DNA of 63,874 bases, counting the filler, from Reclinomonas americana ATCC 50394 (taxonomy: Eukaryota), in the NCBI GenBank assembly GCA_048213135.1. It is 5 parts of 3 records of this genome, joined end to end, with 100 filler letters (N's around TTAATTAATTAA, not from the genome) between each part and the next. Parts side by side here need not be neighbours in the genome. Positions count along the whole stretch, not along the records: positions 33,472 to 50,549 come from PS015207.1; positions 50,650 to 60,178 come from PS015209.1; 3 more parts are not named here. One strand, written 5' to 3'. Below, one piece after another: positions 39,101 through 52,050 of this stretch (positions within the stretch are counted from its first letter, which is position 1; each line of letters starts with the position of its first letter). Below the pieces are notes generated by a model. That model ran no database searches. It saw only the letters and a list, made by a program, of their open reading frames with translations, and had not been told where the DNA came from. The translations under genes and the position numbers were made by a program.

Positions 39101-40059
39101 CCCCAGCGGACACGATCTGCAGGGTGACGGCACCAGCCAGTACCCGTTCGCCACCATTCAGCGCGGAATCGACATGGCCTTGTACAATCAGCGCAATGGA
39201 CAGCAGTACGGCAAGGGCCCAGCTGGTGTGTGCCCTCTCTTGACCGCATTACTTGATACTCCTTCCATCAGCACTCAAGTTTGCCTCGTGCTCGCTCCAG
39301 GTCTCCAGAACGGTCAGCCCGCAGCACGCGGCAGTCTCAAGAACTTCAATCCGGACACAATTGTGCTGCGCAAGGGCGTCTACCGTGGCGTCGGCAACCG
39401 CGGCATCCGGCCGTACGGCAAGCTGCTGACTCTGCGCTCGGAGAACTCGGATTACCTGCAGAACAGCAGTGCGGCGCCTGGGCTGTGGGCCTCGGAGGCA
39501 GTTGCGTTTTTTTTTTTTTGCTGCATGTCTCTCCCCCCAAGAGTTTTTCTCCTCACGCGAATCACCCTTGCACAGCTGGTCGACTGCGAGGACTCGGGCG
39601 ACGGCTTCATCATTGAGAGTGCTCAGCGCTACTGGGACAACGATGACAATGCTCGTGAGAGCATCTACGTCAAGAATGTGGCGGAGCGCAAGTGCGTCAT
39701 CGTGCAGCGTTCGAGCACTCTCGCGTGTTTCTTGCTTCCTTACACCATTTGTGTGCGTGTTGCGCAGTTGCAATTCGCGCCGCGTGTACAGCGTCTGGAA
39801 TCCCTTCAAGCTGCGCAATGAGCCGTACCGCAGCCCACTGCAGCAATTCCACAAGGCGTTTGATTACAGCCAAACCAGCGCCACGCTCAAGGCCCAGCAG
39901 GTCTCTTTTATTTTCTCTTCCGTGTTGTGCATTGATTTCAGCGGCTTACCTTTGGTGGATCATTTGCAGCCGACTCAAGTGGTGGACCCGACGCCCAATC
40001 GCTTCCGCGCCGGCAAGACGAAGCCGGGCAAGCCCTGCGCCTCCGACACTGGCTGCTGA
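36161..40059 (+). CDS. Secreted IPT/TIG-repeat protein with a C-terminal 'YVSPxGxD..GDGT..PFATI' beta-helix-cap (DUF1565-like) region
   Basis: Signal peptide MKLLYILASISLVLALM; IPT motif PRLTRLFPTTGPQNGGTTVTIWGANF; later DIYVSPSGHDLQGDGTSQYPFATIQRGIDMA...IVLRKGVYRGVGN; TGA 40057-40059. Confidence 0.75.
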
Positions 40060-40297
40060 ACTGCGCCCTCACTGCTGTATTCTTTCTCTGTTTTGTTTCC
40101 TTCTTTTCGACTTGGTGCTCTCTCTCTCTCTCTCGCCCTCTCCTTGCTGTTCACAAGGTAAAAAAATGCTGGAGACGAGCGCGTGTCGAGAAAATAATTT
40201 CTGTCTCTGTCGTTTTGTTCCGTAATCCTGTTACAATGCCTCGGGTTTCTATCCACAACACACGTGTTCCGTCCGTCGCCACTCTGCCTCTGGCGTT

Positions 40298-42709
40298 TCA
40301 GTCCATCTTCTCCTGGCGCCTCAGCGGCATTACGGGATGCGACGCGGTATCCAGTCTCAAATCGTCTTCCTCATCGTCGAACAAATCATCCTCCGCACTG
40401 CCGATGGAGAAGGCGTTGTTTGGAGGCGGCTGTCCCGGGCCGCGGCCGACTGGCAACTCGGCGCGACGGCCGTGCTTGCCACCGGCGGCAGCAGGCGCTC
40501 CGCCGGCTGTGGTACGCGCCGACTCGACGTCCACCGTACCAAGCGTGCGCTGGTCGTTCTCCTCGTCGGTCTCCTCACCCGGGTCAAAGGTGGCCAGCTC
40601 TTGGTACGCGTACCTGTCCCGCGGAGGTCACACATGTTAGACCACCTACATGGCACACATTGGCAGACGCAACGCGCATGTCCCAACGAAACTTGTGATT
40701 GTCGCTTGTCGGTCGCCAGATAATCATAATGGCCAGCATGACGAAGAAGTACAGTACTTCCCAAAACGCATCAAACGTCCACAGACTCTTCCATTGATGG
40801 TCATAGTCGCGCGTGCCATTGACAAAGCTGGCCGCAACATGAAAAAATCGACAGTGAGCGATCACTCTTCCCCGCACGCGTGCGTGTGTGTGTGTGTGCG
40901 TGTCATACTCACGTGACATAGATGAGCCAGAGCAGGGCGCAAATGGCGTAAAAGCCGAGGATAAAGGCAAACAGCTTGTACATGTGCATCTTCGCGTCCT
41001 GGTTCGACGAATCCAGCTGCTTGATGGTGTTGACGAGCGAGTAAAAGATCCACGTGTACAGCAACGCGTCCATCAGCGCCACCGGGAAGGCGAACATGAC
41101 GAGCACGTAGACGGGAATCTCGTGCGCACGGAAGCGCGCGTTCATCAACTCGAACAGGCCGCCAAGGACCAGGTACAGCGCGGCGAAAATAATGACCTGC
41201 CACTTTTGCTTGCCGAGCGAGGGGCTGCGCAAAATCGCGAGGGACGGTGAACATCGACGTTTGTAGTGAGTGGAGTGCTGGCAAACGCACACTACAACTC
41301 CGTAGCCCATGACCACCACGAGGATGAGCAGACGAGCAAAGGTCTTGCGCAGTAGCGTGAATGTCAGCGAGAAGCCGAGAGCCGTGGATGCTGCAGGTGA
41401 CAAATCAGTCTGTGCACGCTTTCAACATGGGAGGACCACCGCGCGACGCAACACACGAGACCGGTATCGTTCCAGCCGCTCGTCTCCACGTACCAGCACA
41501 GCGATTCGAGAATGCTGAGCACAATGACACCACCAATGTACATCTGCACTGGCCGAGTGAGCACACTACACTGACTGCGGTTGAGAAAAACAGACGTCAA
41601 CAGTGCAACTGACCTGCAAACGCAGCAACTCCGACCAGTGCTTGACACACAAGATGATCCACACAATGCCAACAATGCCGTACAAGAGCGTCATCGCCAA
41701 GTAGAACTGTGTTGCAAAGGGAAATAATGTGAGAGAGACTCGCCAGCGACGACAACACTGGCAGACCGCACCGGTAGGATGCGATAGTAGCCGCCGGGGA
41801 GCTCGCCGTAGGGGTTGCGGAAGTTGAGCGTGCCGGAAAAGTACAGCTTGACACTATCCTGCTTGGCCGTGTCGGACGAGGCCTCCATCAGCATGCGACG
41901 TGTGCCGCCGCCGTCGCCCATCATCTTGTCTTCTGTGGGCGCCGACATAGGTCGGTGGCACCACGCCACCACAAAGTAGTGCACGCCGCTCTTGTCGACG
42001 GGGAAATCCTGTGCATCTGGAATGAACAATAGAGAGCGAAGCAAACGACTGCCATCATGTGACAAAACTCACCAAACTCACTGGCCCCGGCACCTGCGTC
42101 GTGTTGACATGGATCGTGTCTGTGGCCACAATCAGATCCTCGTTCGTTCCGTCGCCACAGTACACTTTCTGCACGACCACCATTACAATGAGCGACCAGC
42201 AGCCACCTCTTCGCGCAAGACACCAACAGCAGCACCTTGCCGTCCGTGTCAACATAGCCGACATTATCGGCATCGTCCGAGTGATAAAAGGCCACCTGTA
42301 CCTGCGACGTCAACTTGTCGACATCCTTGGCCCAGTGGAAGTCGCCTGCAGCACTGGCGCGTGAGCAGACAGACGCACACACACAAGCGAGAGAGACAGA
42401 CATGATGCGACAACTAACCGACGATTCGCGCAAACGAAGGACCGTGACTGGACGGCGCCTCATCGCGCGTCCACATGCCCACTCGGTACAGCAGCACCAT
42501 ACCAGCAGTGAACTGCAAACGATCACGAGTCGGTGATGAGCGAGGGGAGGAAAGGAATCGACAACTGCCTTTCCCCTGCTTGCCTGTGTGTCGTCGAGTT
42601 TGAAGACCACGGCCGAAGACGAGTGTGCCATCAGCGCGACAGTCACAAGCATCACTACGCACGGCCAGCAGGCCCACATGACGCGGGCGCCCCGTGTCTG
42701 ACCCGCCAT
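40298..42709 (-). CDS. TMEM87: TMEM87/PTM1 family (lung seven-transmembrane receptor, GOST) protein
   Basis: FRNPYGELP..FYLAMTLLY..LLRLQMYI..KTFARLLILVVVMGYGVV.PSLG..WIFYSL..KMHMYKLF..WKSLWTFDAFWEVLYF..IWRPT..RYAY and an acidic tail. Confidence 0.9.
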
Positions 42710-43575
42710 TGCTGCACACACACACACGCACACACACGTGTCAGACTCTCCTGTGTGCGCACACTCGACGATCAAAGCTTGTGTGTGTGCAAGTGTGCCT
42801 GAGCGCGCGCAAAACACGCACAACACATCACACAGACACGCGTGCTGGTGCAACGGATCACACTAGCTCTCACTCTCTCTCTCGCGCGCGCGCGCGCGCT
42901 GACACTCTCTCGTCAGCCACTCACTGTGTACATGAACACGCGTGCACACAACGACTACGACAAGTGGGGCACGAGCACATGCGCAGAGCGCGTGCGTGCC
43001 GGATCGCTCACCTTTGATCGCAATCTCCTGAACGAAATTGAACTTTTGTCGCGTCGACGTCCTTTGTTGTTGCTTTTTTCCTCTTCTCCCCCTCTCTGCA
43101 CACAGCGGCACGTATAGGGAGAATTCGTTGATGCATTACAATATGCCTCAGCTGGTACACACAAAAGTTGCCAGGGTTCCTTCTTTTTCGTACAACGTCG
43201 CAAGGGGGCCCATGGCAACCACACACACACACACAGGAATAGGGGGAGAGTTAGAAAGGAAGAGCAAAGAAAAAAAAAAGAGGGCAGGAAGAAGACAATC
43301 ACGAGGGAGTAGAGGAGGAAAATCTGTAGGGTTGTCGTCAATCAGAGACGCAGAGAAACAGCAACGAGAGAAATGCCACGCAGAAGAAGAAATACGCCAG
43401 TCCAACAGGCCGCTGCGCGACAGCCACCCACCACCTTTCGCACACAGTAACACGAACATGCGAAATAGGTGGCAGCTGGCACAGCAGAATGGCCAGACGA
43501 CGTACGACTCGTCGGCGCAAATCGGCATCAACTCACGGCCGTCACTCGACACGCCTCAATCCTGATCTTTTTTTC

Positions 43576-46500
43576 TTAGATGGGGCACATGGTCGGCGTG
43601 CACCTGTAGATGACCTCGCCGTAGACCGGAGCGGCTGCGTAAAACAACAGAAAATCAGTAAGCAGGCTCGGTAAAAGTCAAATACAAGGGAAAACTTGAG
43701 ACGCAACCCGAGTAGCACGGAGCCAGGAAGCTAGGCGGAAGCTGGAACGTGAAGTCGAGAAGCGAATCGCGCGAGAAGTTGTACGAGCACACCAGGCCGG
43801 GGGTGCAAATGTCGAACTCGCACAGAGCGCTGGTGAAGTTCTTGATGTTGTCGGCATCGCTGTAGCCGTTGCAGTTGGCCTGCACGTTGGCACCGCACTT
43901 GGCGGTGGCCACACCACGGAAGATCGAGTTGTTGGTGCCAGCACCCCAGGTGGCGTGCAGGATGTCAATGGCCTCGCCGAGCGGGCAGGAGATCGGGTCG
44001 GCGGTGTTCTCGCAAATGATCTGGAAACGAGCATCGCAATCGCCATTGGTGGCAAAGGCGGTGTCGTCGTTGGTCCAGCTCAGCGGCGGGCCGAGGTCGC
44101 AAGTGCAAGTGCCCTGGCCACCGCAAAGGCCGTGGCCGTTGCAAGTGTTCGCGCCAATGTTGTCGGCACCGCCAGGCTGCGGGTTGTTCACGTTGTCGAT
44201 GCACTCGTTGATGCAGAACGTCGAGTCGGCACCAGCGCCGAGATCCATGAGCTCGGGCTTCGGGTAGTAGGTCGGCGTGCACTGCTCGCAGTTGCTGCCG
44301 GTCCAGTGATCGTTGCAGGTGCACGAGCCGTCAAAGTTGGCGGTACCGTTGCCGTTGCAAGTGACCTCGTCCGAGTACTGGCAGAAGACACCGTTGAAGC
44401 CGCTGTCGCAGTTGCAGAGGGTGGTGTCGCCGACGACGCCGCGGTGGTCAAAGTAGGCAGCCTGGCAGAGACCGTTGCCGTTGCAGCCGTTCTGGGCGCG
44501 CGAGTTGAGGCACTCGCAGTTCGGGCCGTTGAAGCCGTCGCCAGTGTTGCAGATGCACAGCGGGATGTTGTCGCCGGCAACGGGGTTGCAGGTACCAGNN
44601 NNNNNNNNNNNNNNNNNNNNNNNNNNNNNNNNNNNNNNNNNNNNNNNNNNNNNNNNNNNNNNNNNNNNNNNNNNNNNNNNNNNNNNNNNNNNNNNNNNNN
44701 NNNNNNNNNNNNNNNNNNNNNNNNNNNNNNNNNNCGTTCTCGGCCTGGTGGCAGGTGCCGACCGCGTCGAGGTTGCCGCCCTTGGCGTGCACGTCGGTGA
44801 TGACCGGGTTGCACTGGCAGTTGAGGCCACCCCAGCCGTCGGGGCACACGCACTCACCAGTGCGCGAGTTGCAGCCCTGGTAGTTGCAAGTGTCGATCTC
44901 GCTGCAGTTGCAGTAGTCACCGAACCAGTCAGCGTTGCAGCTGCAGTCCCAGTCGCTCGAGCACGAGCCATGCGGGCCACAGTTCACAAAGTCGGTCAGG
45001 CCGGTAATGGTGGAGCGTCGCCGTTCGAGCACAGGCAGTGCGGGCCGTCAAAGCCGTTGTCGCACACGCAGTTCTGGCCCTCCTTGCTTGCGTCGCAGTC
45101 GCCCTTGACGCCGCACTCTGACTCCAGGCAGCGGCAGTCCTTGCCACCAAAGCCAGACTCGCAGGCGCACTTGTTGATCTCGGTATTGTCGCACGAGCCC
45201 TGAGGAGTCATCAGATCCGAGCCGCAGTACGCNNNNNNNNNNNNNNNNNNNNNNNNNNNNNNNNNNNNNNNNNNNNNNNNNNNNNNNNNNNNNNNNNNNN
45301 NNNNNNNNNNNNNNNNNNNNNNNNNNNNNNNNNNNNNNNNNNNNNNNNNNNNNNNNNNNNNNNNNNNNNNNNNNNNNNNNNNNNNNNNNNNNNNNNNNNN
45401 NNNNNNNNNNNNNNNNNNNNNNNNNNNNNNNNNNNNNNNNNNNNNNNNNATTGGTGCAGGCGCAGGTGGTGCCACCGAAGCCGCTGTTGCAAGTGCAAGC
45501 ACCGTCGGTGCCGCTAGCAGTGCAGCTGCCCTGACCGAGCGGAGCGCTGCAGTCGTTGGCCTGGTTGCAACGGCAGTCGGCACCAGTGTAGCCGGCCACG
45601 CAGGTGCACTCCTGAGTGGTCGAGTCGCTCTTGCACGAGCCCGACGTGGCGGTCGACAGCGTGCAGTCCGACTGGCGGCACGAGCAGTCGGCTCCGCCAA
45701 AGAGAGCGTCGCACTGGCACTCGCCATTGGTACCGTCGGCCTTGCAGTCGCCACGGCTCAGCGCCAGACCGCAGTCGTTGCGCACGCAGCCGCAGTCGGC
45801 GCCGCCAAAGCCACTGTTGCAGATGCACTCGTTGACCTTGTCCGCATTGCACTGACCCTGGCTGGTGCCAAAGTTGCAGTCGTTCTGGTTGCACTCGCAG
45901 GTGCTGCCGCCCCAGCCTACACGCGAAAGCCACTCAGTGAGTCACCAACGACGGGAGGCGCGAAAAAAATCAAATACAACGACAACACACCGGCGCTGCA
46001 CTCGCAAGTGATGCCGTCAGCACCGCAAATGCCATTGAAGCAGTTCTTGTTCGGGCCCGAGGTGAGGCACGGGGTGATCTCGCAATTGTCGCCCGAGAAG
46101 CCCGGGTCGCAGATGCAAGGCGCGTTGCCGTTGGCCGACAGACCGCCAGTGGCGAACTTGCCGTGGCCGCTGCAGTTGTTGGGGACGCAGTGCCAGGTGA
46201 GCTCGAGGTACTTGTAGACCGACGAGCACTAGAGAGAGAGAGAGAGAGAGAAAGTGAGCCAACCACCGAAAAAGTTGTAACGGGCACACGACGATTGAAA
46301 AAATTATAGTGCACTCACCGGTGAGCCCTCGTCGTCGCTGGGCTGGCCGAGCACGCTGACAGACGGCTTGAGGCCAGGGCACGACTCGAGTGGCGGCGAG
46401 GTGTGGCACTGGGTGGCGTAGGCGTTGATCACCGTGGTGCCAGCGCCCATGCACAGCGAGTTGGTCTTCAGAGACGACAAGTTAGCCGGCGGCGTCGGGC

Positions 46501-47157
46501 ACGCCGTGGTCGGAGCAGTCTCGCGGCGGCCCCAGAATGCGTTCCTGCACGCTCGAGTGAGTGCACGAGTGCGCAGAAAAGACACGATTGCGCGCCATGG
46601 CGCCCCCGTCACACTCGGAAACAGACAGTGCCACTCTCTCTTTCTCTCTCTCTCTCTGACATGTGCACCACGCTTTTCTCACTGACGCGCAAGAACAAGG
46701 AACACAGGGGGGCCGTGCAGAAACTGCGCCAGTTTTTGGCGCGAAACAAACACGCACAAGTGTCGAAGAAGAGACGCAACAGAAGATAGACGTAGGTTCC
46801 TGCCGGGCACGAGAAGGCAGCATCGGCAGGGATGGGATCACTGTCGGCGACTTGACATGCTGCGAACAGAAAACAAGAGGGGTGAGCACAGATTTTTCGT
46901 AACGGTCATTTTTGCAATGCGCGCCAAACACTTTCCACTCTGTGATCATCATCATCTCCACAATCAACACACACACACTCGCTCACACACGCACTCACCC
47001 TGCTTGTGTGCACGGCCGTCAAAGCCAAAGTCGGGTGGTGGCTGGGCCACTGCGCGTGTGGAGAGTGAGACGGGTGGTGGTAAAAAATCATGCGTGCCAA
47101 CGCACCAACGAGTGCGATCAGCGCACACAGGGCGACCGTCCACAACAAGGCGCGCAT
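43576..47157 (-). CDS. Secreted EGF-repeat (tenascin/teneurin-type) protein with a C-terminal SUEL/galactose-binding-lectin-like domain; one apparent frameshift near 45012
   Basis: Signal peptide MRALLWTVALCALIALVGA; many CxxxGxC...CxCxxGFxGxxC repeats; C-terminus CPLGEAIDILHATWG...APCYS|AAPVYGEVIYRC* after splicing at 43707. Confidence 0.8.
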
Positions 47158-47524
47158 GTTTCTTCACTGCTTCCTTCTTCCTGTGTGTGTGCGAGTGGGT
47201 ATTCTTGTGGTTTGGTAAGAGTGAGAGAAAACAAAACGAGTGAACCTGCGCTCCCGCGTGACAAACAATCGCAAACGGTCTGCAAGAAATTTCGCGATTG
47301 AATTTGACCGTTGCGCGCCCACGACCACAATAATGCATTGTGTCGCTCCATTTGACGATTGGAGTCTTCCTTCTCTCCCTCTTCCTCTGATCCTGCAGCT
47401 GTCCCTTTTTTCTCTCTCTCCTGCCTCCCCTCGTTCCTTCTGATGGGTAAATTGTATAATTACCAAATACGTCGACACAGATTCCGTGTTCGTTGTCGCA
47501 TGCATGCATATTCACTTAGTATCA

Positions 47525-49493
47525 CTAGACTGCCGACTCGAGAAACGCGCGTAGTGCCAGAAACGGATGGACACTCGAGCTATCCATGGCCGCCGCCGCC
47601 GTTGCCGCAACAGCGGGCGCCGTGGCCGCAGCCGCCGCCGAACTATGCGTGCCGGTACGCTGGCGTTTGGTGGCAGGCGGCTTGGTTTCTGGCGATACAA
47701 CCATGCGGACCGAGCCCGACGCCACCTTCCGCACCGGCAGACCACGGACGGCACGCGTGATGCACGACACGAGCTTGTCCACACGACGACTGCGTTTACG
47801 CAGCGGTGGCGCAGAAGCGTGGCAGAGAATGAACTCCAGCACCTGGATGTCTGGCAGCACGAACACGGTCACAGTGAGAACACTTGTCGTTCGGAGGCGC
47901 AGAAACCCCGCGCACGCTCATGCGTAACTTGAGATTTGTGCAATCCACACCGAGGGGTCGTCGACATCAATGAGACTCGGCAGCGCGTCGACCAAGTCAC
48001 TCTGGAACTGTGGCCACGCAAATTGACACAGCATCGCCTGCACAACACGAGGCAGGTATTGAGCGTCTACAATGAGATCGAGTGCCGCCGCCCCCTCGGC
48101 ATACCAGTTGTGCGTGGTTGCGCCGTTCGCGAGCGGCACCAATCAGAGCCGACACGGCGTGGAACAACAAGGCAGTTGGTGTACACCAACAGAACACCAG
48201 ACTGCGCACATCGTTGGTCGAAAACAGCAAGTCGCCACTGCCCGCGCCACCCTCTGCCATCGGAGCATCGCCGTCGCCAGCAGCCAACGCCGAGGCGGCC
48301 TCGCCACCTGCGACGGCAGACGAGTGTGGTTCGCGTGGCACCACGGCACACACGGCTGGCGTCAGGTGGCCGTCGGTGGCGGCCGCAGTGAGCAGTCGCG
48401 TGGCGACCCGTCGCAGCTCCTGCCAGCAGTCTCGGCCGGCAAAGTGTGCCAGAAAGGCGCGCTGCAACAATGCCGCATCGTGACGCAGACGCAGTTGAGG
48501 AGATCCGCTGAGCACCGGCTCCACCAGCGTACACATCACCGAGCACCACTCCAGCGCCTCCTCCACTCTCCCATTGTACGCGAAAGCGGTCTGCATCGAC
48601 GACGCAAACCACGCCGCACTGGGTGTGCTCAACAGGCGCGGACACCACTCTCGAACGGTGGCGACGGTGGCGAGCTGGGACGCGCCTCCGAGCGCCTCAT
48701 CCATGGCCAGCAGCGATTTGCGTATCTCGGCCTGTGGGCCCACTGCCGACTGCTCCACACGCGGCCGATGCGACACGAGCGACACAATGGACGTTCTAAC
48801 ACACACACAGCGGAGGGATGAGACGCACGCACGTGCGCGCTCTGGCTGCTCTTCCCCATGCACACACACACACACATACCGTCCCACGGTGCACGCAGCG
48901 TGTAATCTGTACGCGGTCGACACGAGGCGCGCAGCCGTCAGCGCGTCGGCAACACTGCTGCTGCCCTCAATGCGGGTGGCGAGTGCGGTCAAACTCTGCC
49001 ACCGCGACTGCAGCGCCAAGTGCTCCACCGCCAGCAGTGTCAGTCGCTGAAGCGATGCCAACGTGTGCGGATCCACAACAGCTGCCACATCAACAAACGG
49101 AAGCACATGGTCCACTGCATGGCGGCTGGTCAGATGAAGACAGAGACAGGTACATGCAGACACACGTGCTTGCTCACCGACAAAATCTCGAGCACACTCA
49201 TCGTGACGCGACGATCCCACACCGCCCTCACCACTCACTCGCACAAGCATCTCCGCCAGCCCCAGCAGTGAGATGTGCGAGCCACGATCCACTTGCACCC
49301 ACAAGCGATGCACAAGCACCGCAGTCCACCTCGCAGTGGCCGCCGAGTCCGCCGCGGCCGCCGAGCGCAGTGCGGTGGCGGCCCCGGCCAGCGCGCGACT
49401 CGCATTCGCCGAGCGCAACAGCACTCGCGCAACCTCGGCACGCGACGATGCCAGAGACGAAGAGGAGAGCGCGGTGAGAGCGACGGCATCGCG
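47525..49493 (-). CDS. Helical-repeat protein, possibly Integrator subunit 10 (C-terminal part)
   Basis: Long open exons; the C-terminal AMLCQFAWPQ...FVLPDIQVLEFI resembles INTS10 'VLLQxxWP...YVTNIDMLEEF'; TAG at 47525-47527. The identification is from memory and weak. Confidence 0.45.
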
Positions 49494-50276
49494 NNNNNNN
49501 NNNNNNNNNNNNNNNNNNNNNNNNNNNNNNNNNNNNNNNNNNNNNNNNNNNNNNNNNNNNNNNNNNNNNNNNNNNNNNNNNNNNNNNNNNNNNNNNNNNN
49601 NNNNNNNNNNNNNNNNNNNNNNNNNNNNNNNNNNNNNNNNNNNNNNNNNNNNNNNNNNNNNNNNNNNNNNNNNNNNNNNNNNNNNNNNNNNNNNNNNNNN
49701 NNNNNNNNNNNNNNNNNNNNNNNNNNNNNNNNNNNNNNNNNNNNNNNNNNNNNNNNNNNNNNNNNNNNNNNNNNNNNNNNNNNNNNNNNNNNNNNNNNNN
49801 NNNNNNNNNNNNNNNNNNNNNNNNNNNNNNNNNNNNNNNNNNNNNNNNNNNNNNNNNNNNNNNNNNNNNNNNNNNNNNNNNNNNNNNNNNNNNNNNNNNN
49901 NNNNNNNNNNNNNNNNNNNNNNNNNNNNNNNNNNNNNNNNNNNNNNNNNNNNNNNNNNNNNNNNNNNNNNNNNNNNNNNNNNNNNNNNNNNNNNNNNNNN
50001 NNNNNNNNNNNNNNNNNNNNNNNNNNNNNNNNNNNNNNNNNNNNNNNNNNNNNNNNNNNNNNNNNNNNNNNNNNNNNNNNNNNNNNNNNNNNNNNNNNNN
50101 NNNNNNNNNNNNNNNNNNNNNNNNNNNNNNNNNNNNNNNNNNNNNNNNNNNNNNNNNNNNNNNNNNNNNNNNNNNNNNNNNNNNNNNNNNNNNNNNNNNN
50201 NNNNNNNNNNNNNNNNNNNNNNNNNNNNNNNNGCTTGTGCGTGTGTCACACACTTGCAGCTCACCTCCGCGTGTAG

Positions 50277-50549
50277 TTACACCGCGTTTCCATGCTCATG
50301 CGGTTGCGCAAGCCGCGCGAGGCCGCACAAGAGCTGCAGTCCATGTTGTCGTCGGGCGGCAATCAGCATCGTGCATTGATTGATGAAATGGTGCATTCAT
50401 GCTTGGTGGCTCTGGCAGTGGAGGACGCCACGTCTTCTTCTTCTTCTTCTTCGTCTGCTGCTGCTGTGCCACCATCGTCGACGCCACCAGCGTTCAGCGC
50501 ACCACCATTGCTCGAGTGCCTGGAGCTGCTGCGCGAGGAGGCGATGAGT
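50277..50549 (+). CDS. Exon probably belonging to the N-terminus of the INTS10-like gene, inverted
   Basis: After a TAG acceptor: LHRVSMLMRLRKPREAAQELQSML..HRALIDEMVHSCLVAL..LLECLELL, a helical pattern like the INTS10 N-terminus. Confidence 0.35.
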
Positions 50550-50649
50550 NNNNNNNNNNNNNNNNNNNNNNNNNNNNNNNNNNNNNNNNNNNNTTAATTA
50601 ATTAANNNNNNNNNNNNNNNNNNNNNNNNNNNNNNNNNNNNNNNNNNNN

Positions 50650-50687
<38 letters not shown>

Positions 50688-51421
50688 CACGAGCGTGAAA
50701 CATGAAGTCAGAGAGTGGGTGAACGTGAGAAGACAGAGAGCGCACGTGCGGGGAGATACGGGAGCGAAGGGAGAGAGAAGGGAGAGAGCAATTTACATCA
50801 GAGACAAGAGAGAATGAGCACACGGTGACACGAGTATGAGCGCACAGTGAAATGAGTCAGCGAGAACCACATCGTGCGAGTAAAGGGTAAGAGTGGAGAG
50901 AGCCACAAAGAGAGAGGGGGAGGGAACACAGATGAGGAGAGAGAGAGAGAGCGACAGTGAGAACCACATAGAGAGAACAGCAAAGGGGAGAGTGGAGAGC
51001 AATGCACAAGACTCCAGAGAGCGGTAGAAGACCACGGGGGTGGGCAGAGAGAGCAATGTATAAGCCAGAGACAAGAGAGAGAGTGGCGGAGAAGCGTGAG
51101 AAAGGGAGAGAGCGCAGATTAAAGCGCAGTGACAAGAGACAGAGAGAAAGAGAAGAGCGCGACGAAGAGTGTGTGTGTGAGAGAGAGAGAGACAGAGAGA
51201 ACACATCGAGTGAAGAGCAAATGGAGAGTGGAGCGAGCAATGCACGAAGCAGAGACAAGAGAGGGTGGCAGAACAGAAAGCACACAGTGACAAGAGACAG
51301 TGAGAACCACATCGAGAGAAGAGCAAAGGGTAAGAGTGGAGAGAGCAATGCACGAAGCAGAGACAAGAGAGGTGGCAGAACAGAAAGCGAGCGAGCGAGA
51401 GCGCACGGTGACAAGAGACAG

Positions 51422-51479
<58 letters not shown>

Positions 51480-52000
51480 NNNNNNNNNNNNNNNNNNNNN
51501 NNNNNNNNNNNNNNNNNNNNNNNNNNNNNNNNNNNNNNNNNNNNNNNNNNNNNNNNNNNNNNNNNNNNNNNNNNNNNNNNNNNNNNNNNNNNNNNNNNNN
51601 NNNNNNNNNNNNNNNNNNNNNNNNNNNNNNNNNNNNNNNNNNNNNNNNNNNNNNNNNNNNNNNNNNNNNNNNNNNNNNNNNNNNNNNNNNNNNNNNNNNN
51701 NNNNNNNNNNNNNNNNNNNNNNNNNNNNNNNNNNNNNNNNNNNNNNNNNNNNNNNNNNNNNNNNNNNNNNNNNNNNNNNNNNNNNNNNNNNNNNNNNNNN
51801 NNAGAGAGAGAGAGAGAGAGAGAGTGACAGAGAGAGAGAGAGAGAGATAACACAGAGAGCGCAGTGAGACAACAGACAGGGAGAACCACATCGAGAGAAG
51901 AGCAACAGGGAAGAGTGGCACAGATAAGCGTGAGACAACACACATGAGAGCGCACGTTGACAAGAGAGAAGAACAAGCAAGCACGACAGAAGAGAGCGCA
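50650..52000. repeat. Intronic GA-rich minisatellite (GAGAACCACATCGAGAGAAGAGCAA / GAGAGCAATGCACGAAGCAG units)
   Basis: Motifs repeat with ~110-170 bp spacing downstream of the last visible MBF1 exon. Confidence 0.8.
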
Positions 52001-52050
52001 TAGTGCCTTCCCCTTTCCTCTCTCTCTATTGCCGGCCCTGCGCACGCAAC

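Noticed and set aside
39460-39575. Apparent non-canonical intron boundary at AGC-AGTGCG
   Set aside because: A phase-correct GT donor exists at 39501 (GCA|GTTGCG). No convincing non-GT/GC donors or AT-AC introns were found.
42850-43560. ORFs between TMEM87 and the EGF-lectin gene
   Set aside because: Low-complexity A- and CA-rich sequence with no consistent exon chain; probably promoter and 3' UTR.
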